Assembly (NCBI GenBank): GCA_965203055.1
Contig: OZ241863.1
Span: forward strand, 3,328,001 to 3,392,000
Direction of reading: 5' to 3'
Source: Spirochaetia bacterium
GTDB taxonomy: Bacteria; Spirochaetota; Spirochaetia; SZUA-6; Bin103
Length of the DNA stretch: 64,000 nt
The notes below the pieces were generated by a model. That model saw only the letters and a program-made list of their open reading frames with translations. It ran no database searches and was not told the origin of the DNA. Of the stretch, positions 57,056 through 64,000 are shown in pieces. Position 1 is the stretch's first letter, and every line of letters starts with the position of its first letter. Both the position numbers and the translations under genes were made by a program.

Positions 57056-60000
57056 GTGGATAGGGTTACCGTCATACCCTGCGGGCCGGCCGTCAACGAG
57101 AGCGAGCGCAGGGCCATCGAACGGCTCAAGGCCGGCCTCATAGGGCACAGGGGCGATGGCGTCTGGGTGCTCCTGACGAACCTTACCCTGTCCACGACCC
57201 ATCGGCTCCAATCTGACGAAATCGACATCGTGGCGATTGGCCCGCCGGGCGTCCGCGTGATCGAAGTCAAGCACTGGACGGCGTCGTGGGTACGGAAGCA
57301 CGGCGATCGCGTCGCTCAGGAAGCCGACCGCGTGACTGCCAAGGCGAAGAAGGTCGGCACCATGCTGCGCGCGAAGATGGAACAGCTTCCGCACGTGGCC
57401 GGCGTATTCCTCGTCACCGAAGTTCCGAGCAAAGTCGAGCGGCTGCCCGACGAAGTCGTTCGGGGTGTTCGCTTTCATACGTTCAAGACCTGGCGGGGTG
57501 CGGTCGGCGCCGATTCTTCGGAGGTGTTGACCCCGCAGCAGATCAGGGCGGCGGCCAGTCTGCTGGAGCCGAGGAGCGCGGTAGCCCTGCACGGCGAGTT
57601 GCGGCGGCTGGGCGGTTACGCGCGCCTGGAGTTGCAGACCGACCCGGCCGAACGATTCCATAGAATCTACCGGGGCACCCACGCTACCCGGCAGGATCGG
57701 GTGGTGTTGCATCTCTATGATCTGTCGGACTTGTCGGCTGGCGACGAGTCGAACGCGGAACACCGGGCGATGCGTGAGTTCAAGGCCCTCCACCGACTGC
57801 AACAGTACTCGTGGGCGCCGCGCATCGTCGACTCGTTTCAGGATGCGCCGGGCTATCTGGAGGAGATGAAGTTCTTCACCATGGCCGATCCGGCAGCCCC
57901 GTCTATCGCGGAACGGGCCGAAGACGACTCGTGGACCTCTCAAGCCCGTGTCAGCTTTGCCCGCGACGCCGTTCGCGCGTTGCGCGAGTTGCACGCGGCA
58001 AGCGCGGACGAAGAACCGATGTTACATCGCAATCTGACACCCCAAACGGTGCTGGTACGGTCCGACAATTCCCCGATTCTGACCGGCTTTGAATACACGA
58101 GAATTCCGACGGACGTGACCGTCGCATCCACCGGTTCGAGCGCGGCATGGGACGCATCGGCAGCGCCCGAGATCCGCTCCCAAGGCCGCGGCGCCGCGGA
58201 CCATCGATCGGACGTGTACTCCTTGTGCGCCTCGCTACGGGCGTTGTTCGCCGGAGGCGACGACGATAGCCATGCAGCCATCCGAATCCTGGACGGCGGC
58301 ACCAAGCAGGAGCCGTCCGCACGGGCCGAGCTGCCGGAACTGGACCGGGCGCTGTCGGCACTGCTGGGTGAGTCGATTCCGCCGCCGCCTCAGCCGCCCG
58401 CGCGGTTCTGGACCGAGGATCAGGTCGTGCGGTTCGCCGGAGGCGACTATCGCATCGTCGCTCGTCTCGGTTCAGGCGGCGTTGGGACCACCTTCAAGGT
58501 GGTGGAGATCGACCGCGACACGAAAGAGGACCTGGGCACCTATGTAGCCAAGGTGGTCCACGACCAGGAGACTGGCAAACGGGTCCTACGCGCGCACAGC
58601 TTGGCCCGATCGCATCTGCATCACTCGTCAGGACTGTCGAAAATCTACCAAGTCGATTCGCAGTGGCGGGATAACGGCGTCGCGGCGCTGCTGACCTGGA
58701 TCGACGGCGAGCCGCTTGATGAGTTCGCGGGACTGCTCCGCGAGCTTGCCGAGGACTCGCAGGAAGCGACCGACGAGGCGTTGGCGCTGCGCTGGTTGCA
58801 GGCGGCATGCGCGGCGCTCGGCGAGTTGCACCGCAACCGCTTGGTGCATGGCGACGTCAGTCCCCGCAACCTGATCCTGTCGGGCGCCGACGTGGTGCTG
58901 ACCGACTACGACTGCGTGACCAGGATCGATCAGCCGCTGGGGACGCCGGGCACCGTTCCGTACTGCTCGCCGTCCTGTCAGGAGGGTCTGCCGGCCGCGC
59001 CGTCCGACGACCTCTACGCGCTGGCGGCGAGCGTCTTCTTCGTCCTGTTCGCCAAGGAACCGTTTCAGTACCAGGGCGTACGGGCCAAGGACCGCGGACT
59101 GAACTGGGACGGTATACCGCGCGAGCAGTACCCGGTGCTGGCCGAATTCCTGGACCGGGCGACGGCGCCCGACCGCAGCCAACGTTACGCCACCGCCGCA
59201 GAAGCGCTCAGCGCCTTGGACTCCGCGCCCGGCGAAGGCCCGGCGGTGTCACGGGAGCCGGACGGCACGCCGCAGGAGACCGAGCCATCGCAACCGCTGG
59301 AACGGCACGAGAACGAAGTCGAGTGGCTGAAGTCGGTGCTGCAGTCCTACCCCGGTTCGCGGTGGGGCAATCGCGAGACGCGCGGGCTGGACACCGACTT
59401 CGCCGCCCACACCTACGTTGAGACATCACTGGAGCAGACGCTGTACGACGAACTTCGAGATCGGCGCGTCAGCCTCGTGGTGCTGTGCGGAAATGCCGGC
59501 GACGGCAAGACCGCGATCCTCCAACGGCTTGCCAAACGCCTGGGACTTGGCGACCACCGCTCCGCCACCCGCATCGTGAACGGTCAGACCGATGACGGCT
59601 TGACCGTGCGCATGAACCTGGACGGTTCCGCTGCGTGGGAGGGCCGCTCGGCGCATCAACTGCTGAACGAGATACTCGAACCGTTCCAGCACGGTCGCCC
59701 GGACGAGGACTGCGCTCATCTGCTGGCGATCAACGATGGCCGGCTGTTGGAGTGGATCGACGACGTGGAAGGCGATCATGATGGGCCGACGCCGTTGACG
59801 CAGGCACTCACCGACTTTCTCGAAGATCGAGATAAGTCGGATTCTCACGTGCGGTTCGTCAACCTGAACCAGCGTTCGCTCGTCGGCGGCATAGCGGCGG
59901 ACGGAAAGAGCATCGACACCCGCTTTCTCGATGACTTGGTGGACGGGCTCTACGGCGGTGAACGAGTGGCCGCCACCTGGGCTCCGTGTCGGACCTGTTC

Positions 60001-61099
60001 GGCTCAGGACCATTGCGCGGTCTTTCGCGCAGCGCGCAGCTTTGGGCCCGGCCGTCTTGCTGACGACGACGTTCGTACCCGTGCTCGGCAGCGGTTGTTC
60101 GAGGCGCTGCAGGCCGTTCACCTGCGCGGCGAAACGCATGTCACCGTACGCGAGTTGCGCGCTGCTCTGGTCTATATTCTGTTCGGCCTGCAGTACTGCA
60201 GCGACTACCACACTGCGGGGCAGGAGGCTGCGTTGCCGTACTGGGACCGTGCCTTCGACGCCGGTTCGCCCGGCCGTCAGGGTGACGTGCTGCGCGAATT
60301 GATACGCTTCGATCCTTCCCTCGATGCGCATCCGCACATCGACCGCGTGCTGCTGCACCCGCCGGAGGACGCCGGAGATAGCAGCGCGCCAAGACGCTCA
60401 GATGCTCTGCAGCCCAAGGAACGCCACGCGCAACTGGCTTCGGAGCGGCGCCGCGTATACTTCGAGTGGACTGACGAAGAGATCGTGCAGGTGGCCGGAG
60501 ACCCCGAAGCGTTGGGGCTGGCTCAAGGGCGGCACCTGCGTGAGTTCCGGGACGTGGCTATCGCCGACGACGCTGCGCTCGGCAAGCTGGCCCGGCGATT
60601 GTGCGGTGGCATTTCGCGGCTCGAAGCTCTGCCGCCGCAAGCTCTGGACGCGCGCGATGCCGTGCCGCTCCGGATCACGCCGCGCACTCCCATAGAGACG
60701 GCGTTCTGGGTGGAAAAATCGCCCGCTGCCTTCCAACTGCAACCCGACCTCCCTGCCTTCTCCGACCTGGATATCCTGCACCGTCAGGCAGCTCTGATCT
60801 ATCGCTATCGTGACGGGGGCGAGGAACGTCTGCGACTTGGCTACGATCTGTTCTCCCTGCTACTGGAGATGGAGGAAGGCTATCAGTTGGGAGACGTAGC
60901 CACCGACGACACCTTCGCTCAGCTTGCCATCTTCGTGCAGCGTCTGGTACGCGAGGACGAACGCCGCATGATGGCGTGGACCCCGATGAGGGAGGACACG
61001 ATCTACGAGCTGTCCGCCGACCTCGATGAAGCTGCCGGAGGTCCGCGGCAGCTTCTCAGAATAGACCTCCACAACAAGGACTCGGACGATGCCGAATAG
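57056..61099 (+). CDS. NERD nuclease - pseudokinase - Ser/Thr kinase - P-loop NTPase fusion (MADS Mad6-like; C-terminus DndF-like)
   Basis: NESE..EIDIV..IEVKHW (NERD); HRNL (degenerate kinase); GSGGVG, HGDVSPRN, DYD; CGNAGDGKT, AINDGRL. Confidence 0.85.
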   Translation: MDRVTVIPCGPAVNESERRAIERLKAGLIGHRGDGVWVLLTNLTLSTTHRLQSDEIDIVAIGPPGVRVIEVKHWTASWVRKHGDRVAQEADRVTAKAKKVGTMLRAKMEQLPHVAGVFLVTEVPSKVERLPDEVVRGVRFHTFKTWRGAVGADSSEVLTPQQIRAAASLLEPRSAVALHGELRRLGGYARLELQTDPAERFHRIYRGTHATRQDRVVLHLYDLSDLSAGDESNAEHRAMREFKALHRLQQYSWAPRIVDSFQDAPGYLEEMKFFTMADPAAPSIAERAEDDSWTSQARVSFARDAVRALRELHAASADEEPMLHRNLTPQTVLVRSDNSPILTGFEYTRIPTDVTVASTGSSAAWDASAAPEIRSQGRGAADHRSDVYSLCASLRALFAGGDDDSHAAIRILDGGTKQEPSARAELPELDRALSALLGESIPPPPQPPARFWTEDQVVRFAGGDYRIVARLGSGGVGTTFKVVEIDRDTKEDLGTYVAKVVHDQETGKRVLRAHSLARSHLHHSSGLSKIYQVDSQWRDNGVAALLTWIDGEPLDEFAGLLRELAEDSQEATDEALALRWLQAACAALGELHRNRLVHGDVSPRNLILSGADVVLTDYDCVTRIDQPLGTPGTVPYCSPSCQEGLPAAPSDDLYALAASVFFVLFAKEPFQYQGVRAKDRGLNWDGIPREQYPVLAEFLDRATAPDRSQRYATAAEALSALDSAPGEGPAVSREPDGTPQETEPSQPLERHENEVEWLKSVLQSYPGSRWGNRETRGLDTDFAAHTYVETSLEQTLYDELRDRRVSLVVLCGNAGDGKTAILQRLAKRLGLGDHRSATRIVNGQTDDGLTVRMNLDGSAAWEGRSAHQLLNEILEPFQHGRPDEDCAHLLAINDGRLLEWIDDVEGDHDGPTPLTQALTDFLEDRDKSDSHVRFVNLNQRSLVGGIAADGKSIDTRFLDDLVDGLYGGERVAATWAPCRTCSAQDHCAVFRAARSFGPGRLADDDVRTRARQRLFEALQAVHLRGETHVTVRELRAALVYILFGLQYCSDYHTAGQEAALPYWDRAFDAGSPGRQGDVLRELIRFDPSLDAHPHIDRVLLHPPEDAGDSSAPRRSDALQPKERHAQLASERRRVYFEWTDEEIVQVAGDPEALGLAQGRHLREFRDVAIADDAALGKLARRLCGGISRLEALPPQALDARDAVPLRITPRTPIETAFWVEKSPAAFQLQPDLPAFSDLDILHRQAALIYRYRDGGEERLRLGYDLFSLLLEMEEGYQLGDVATDDTFAQLAIFVQRLVREDERRMMAWTPMREDTIYELSADLDEAAGGPRQLLRIDLHNKDSDDAE

Positions 61100-62888
61100 C
61101 GCCCGCGACATCCTCCGAAACGTACTACCAAGGAACATGGCCGACGAAATCTGGTCGGCACGATACGACAAGGTCCTGCCGATTTCCTCCAATGATTTTG
61201 ACCTGTCCGCAGTATTGCCGGCGGTGCTCTACATGTTCCGCTTCGGACAGCGGCGGGGCAGAGGAAGATTCCTTGACACGTTCGTTCGGGAAGACGGCAC
61301 ACGGCCCCAACGGAGAAGGAAGGCCACCGTCGATCGGGTCGCCAAATCGCTTACGGCGACGACGGACCTGCATGGGTTTGACGGCGCGACGGAACGGGCA
61401 GTACTTGGCGACCTGCTGCTCTGCTTCGGTCTGGAAAACCGCAAGCGCGATCTCGGCAGGGACAAGCAGATTCAACGCGTCGCACCCGCCCATTACTTGG
61501 CGAGTTGGGTCGATCTGCCAGACAGTGTGGCAAATCTCCGTTATGTGCCGGAGATGATCGTGGCGATGCTGGCCGATCAGAAAGGCGCGCACGTAGAACC
61601 GAATAGCGAGGAGGACCGCACGTGGTTTGCCGTCGCACGCGGCTTCGAGCACAACGTCCTGCTGCGCGCCTTCAGTCCGGGCATCGACCACCGCGGCGGG
61701 TTCCTTGCCGACCGCAATTCGGACCGCTTCGACGAAACCGACGAGTCGGTCGGTCTGGATCAGCTCCTGATGATTCGGCTTGCGCAGCAGTTGGGTGAGG
61801 CCCCGGACCGGCCGCGCGGCCGCGAAACGGCGAGGATCTCCAATCAGCGGCCAATTGCGGAGCGAGCTGCGGAGTATTTCTCCGAAGATATCCGCCAATT
61901 CGTCCGCGCGTACGCAACGGAGACCCCGCGCCATACCTTCATCGACATGCTGGAGGCGTGCATCTCGATCGGTATGACGGCGATCCTTACCAGCGTGGTC
62001 GAGATGCTGTTCGCTTGGTCCGACACCGGCGCCGTTCCACCTCGGCGCGACCAGCAGCCGGCGGGCATCTTCGTGGACTGTTCCAATGGCGTCGATACGC
62101 GGCTGCGGGGACTGGCCGAACGATCGATGGATGACCTGATGCGCCGCGTGGAGCGTGTCCCGGTCGTCCTGACCACGTTGCGGCTGCTCGACTACTTGGC
62201 CAGGTCCAACAAGCGGGTAGTTACGCAGGACATCCCAACGCGGCCGTACGCAACCGAGTGGCTCAAAGTGCTCGGCGACCTGTTGCATGAACGCCACGCC
62301 GAAGCTCCGTTTATCCACCGCCAGATGGACGACCATAGCGAAACACTCGCCGAGCAGTTGGAGGCCGATTACCCGGCCGCGGCTGAGGTGCTGCGTGATG
62401 ACAAGAGTGAGCCCAACCCGATCCTTCGCCTCGCCACTGCCGTGACGCCGCTCATGGGACGCCGCCATCTGATCGAGATGGTGGACTCGATGCTGCAAAT
62501 CGGGCGCCCGAACGCACTGGCGCTCAAGCGGGTCACGACCCGCGGCGCAGGTACCGCCGGCTCCGGCCGGCGCCGGCGCGACGTCCGCGCGCTGGTCCTG
62601 GGCGACTCGGCGCTGGACCATCTGGTGCATCTGCACCTGCTGCGTAGCGGCAACGCCGGGCTGGGATTGCGCGTCCTGTCGCTGACGGACTTTCTGCGCA
62701 AGATTCGCGAGCGCTACGGATTTCACGTCGATACCGCTCCCTCCGGGACGGCCATCTCCAACGAGTTGCTGCAGCAGAATCGCAGGTTCCTGGAACGGCG
62801 GCTGCGCGATCTTGGACTCCTGATAGGCGTGAACGACGCTGAAGCCATGAAGCGGCTGCAGACGCGCTTCGCGCCGAAGGAGACCTGA
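61089..62888 (+). CDS. Defence-associated protein, Mad7/DndG-like
   Basis: Overlaps the kinase gene; C-terminal RERYG...LERRLRDLGLLIGVNDAE winged-helix-like tail. Confidence 0.65.
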   Translation: MPNSARDILRNVLPRNMADEIWSARYDKVLPISSNDFDLSAVLPAVLYMFRFGQRRGRGRFLDTFVREDGTRPQRRRKATVDRVAKSLTATTDLHGFDGATERAVLGDLLLCFGLENRKRDLGRDKQIQRVAPAHYLASWVDLPDSVANLRYVPEMIVAMLADQKGAHVEPNSEEDRTWFAVARGFEHNVLLRAFSPGIDHRGGFLADRNSDRFDETDESVGLDQLLMIRLAQQLGEAPDRPRGRETARISNQRPIAERAAEYFSEDIRQFVRAYATETPRHTFIDMLEACISIGMTAILTSVVEMLFAWSDTGAVPPRRDQQPAGIFVDCSNGVDTRLRGLAERSMDDLMRRVERVPVVLTTLRLLDYLARSNKRVVTQDIPTRPYATEWLKVLGDLLHERHAEAPFIHRQMDDHSETLAEQLEADYPAAAEVLRDDKSEPNPILRLATAVTPLMGRRHLIEMVDSMLQIGRPNALALKRVTTRGAGTAGSGRRRRDVRALVLGDSALDHLVHLHLLRSGNAGLGLRVLSLTDFLRKIRERYGFHVDTAPSGTAISNELLQQNRRFLERRLRDLGLLIGVNDAEAMKRLQTRFAPKET

Positions 62889-62889
62889 C

Positions 62890-64000
62890 GTGGCAGGAAA
62901 CGCGCTGCTTGGCCCGCTTCTGGCGCAGGCATTGGCCGGAGAGCTCGGCGATCCGCAACCGGGGGCCATCGCCTACGTCCGCTGCCTGACCCCGGACGTA
63001 GTCGAGCAGCTCGCCGCGGACGCCGGCTTCGAGCCCGAAGGTTGGGCGGTGTGGCGCGTCGCCGATAGCGAGCGGGACGACTTGCGGACGTTCACCGCCG
63101 ACCGGGCGGTCGAGCTGCGCGAAGGCAAGGGCGACGCGATGGTGCTCCTGGTCGATACCGGTCGCGCCGGCGCCGGTATGGACGGCATCTACAGCGCCGG
63201 GCGAGAGGTGAACGAGGCCGGTCTGTTTCGGGCGGCATTGAGCCTGGCCGCCGCGGCGATCACCAAGCGCCAGTCGGCGGTGGTGCGCCGCTATGCGGAG
63301 GACGCGCTCAGGGCGGCGAGACGTGTCGCAGGTGGCCGAGATGCCGTTTCGCCCTGGACGGCGTTTGATTACCTGTGCCGCGTCGCCGTGGGCGAACAGC
63401 CGCCGGGTGCGTATCTGAACCTGATCGGTCTCTGGCCGATTCGCGGCGGCGGCGAGGGATTCGACCATAAGGCGGCCCTGAACGACTCCCGGCGGTTCGT
63501 GGACCGACTGCTGGGGCCGGCAGCCGCCAGCCTCGCGCCCGCCGCCCGGATCGAATCGTTGCGGATGGATCAGAAGTCACGGCAGCGGCACACGCAACTC
63601 GCGCGCTTCCTGCATGCCGCGGACGCCAAGCAACACCTGCACGATGCCCTGAACGAGCTGGCGGAGCAGGAGGAACTGTGGGTCGGCTCACTGCGCACGG
63701 AAGGGCCGGCTCAGTCCATCAAGGAGATCGTACTGACGCCGTGGCGCAACCGTAGCGGCAAGGTCCACCACTGGTCGGGACTGACGGACGATGACGACGC
63801 GGAAGGTCCACCGGTGCTGAACCTGGGAACGGACCAAGACCGGCAGCGCGCCACCCTGGAAGTCCGCTGGAAGGCCGATCCCGGCGACATAGAACGTAGC
63901 GCAGTCGACTATCGGGTGGTGATCCGGACCAGCCTGGACGAGGAACTTGCCGTTCAGGACGTTCCGCATTCCGCCAGAAAGGGCGGCGAGAAATGTCGGT
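62890..64000 (+). CDS. Large defence-associated protein, Mad8/DndH-like N-terminus (3' truncated by window)
   Basis: Hand-read open frame from GTG 62890: MAGNALLGPLLAQ...TADRAVELRE...GAGMDGIYSA; absent from the ORF track because it has no stop in the window. Confidence 0.65.
   Translation, partial: MAGNALLGPLLAQALAGELGDPQPGAIAYVRCLTPDVVEQLAADAGFEPEGWAVWRVADSERDDLRTFTADRAVELREGKGDAMVLLVDTGRAGAGMDGIYSAGREVNEAGLFRAALSLAAAAITKRQSAVVRRYAEDALRAARRVAGGRDAVSPWTAFDYLCRVAVGEQPPGAYLNLIGLWPIRGGGEGFDHKAALNDSRRFVDRLLGPAAASLAPAARIESLRMDQKSRQRHTQLARFLHAADAKQHLHDALNELAEQEELWVGSLRTEGPAQSIKEIVLTPWRNRSGKVHHWSGLTDDDDAEGPPVLNLGTDQDRQRATLEVRWKADPGDIERSAVDYRVVIRTSLDEELAVQDVPHSARKGGEKCR

Overview
GC-rich bacterial chromosomal segment. 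Inference only: the solute-binding-protein N-termini, an LRR/FN3/Calx-beta autotransporter, PhyH and CRTAC1 proteins, and many TA/Uma2/Rpn genes suggest a host-associated, possibly sponge-symbiotic Spirochaetota. The backbone is catabolic and transport genes (sugar, peptide and branched-chain ABC systems, oxidoreductases, GH29 fucosidase) plus queG-mnmE-mnmG. It is interrupted by selfish or defence cassettes: AbiEii pair, MazEF, two Uma2, duplicated Rpn, an orphan AAA ATPase and decayed Schlafen/HATPase genes. Highlights: (1) An intact ISKra4-type Mutator-like IS at 24097-25619 with a 9-bp target duplication. About 30 kb away, a transposase-less 1.8-kb element (55159-56961, 8-bp target duplication) has the same GGGCGCACTTC termini and carries a promoter-driven HNH nuclease gene plus a captured restriction-methyltransferase fragment, i.e. 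a Pack-MULE-like bacterial cargo element. (2) Immediately downstream lies a NERD-pseudokinase-kinase-P-loop gene and two partner genes (MADS Mad6-7-8 / DndFGH-like), with no modification genes directly upstream. (3) A tandem duplication of an Rpn toxin with an internal antitoxin start, whose junctions show microhomologies. No rRNA, tRNA or CRISPR array was seen.
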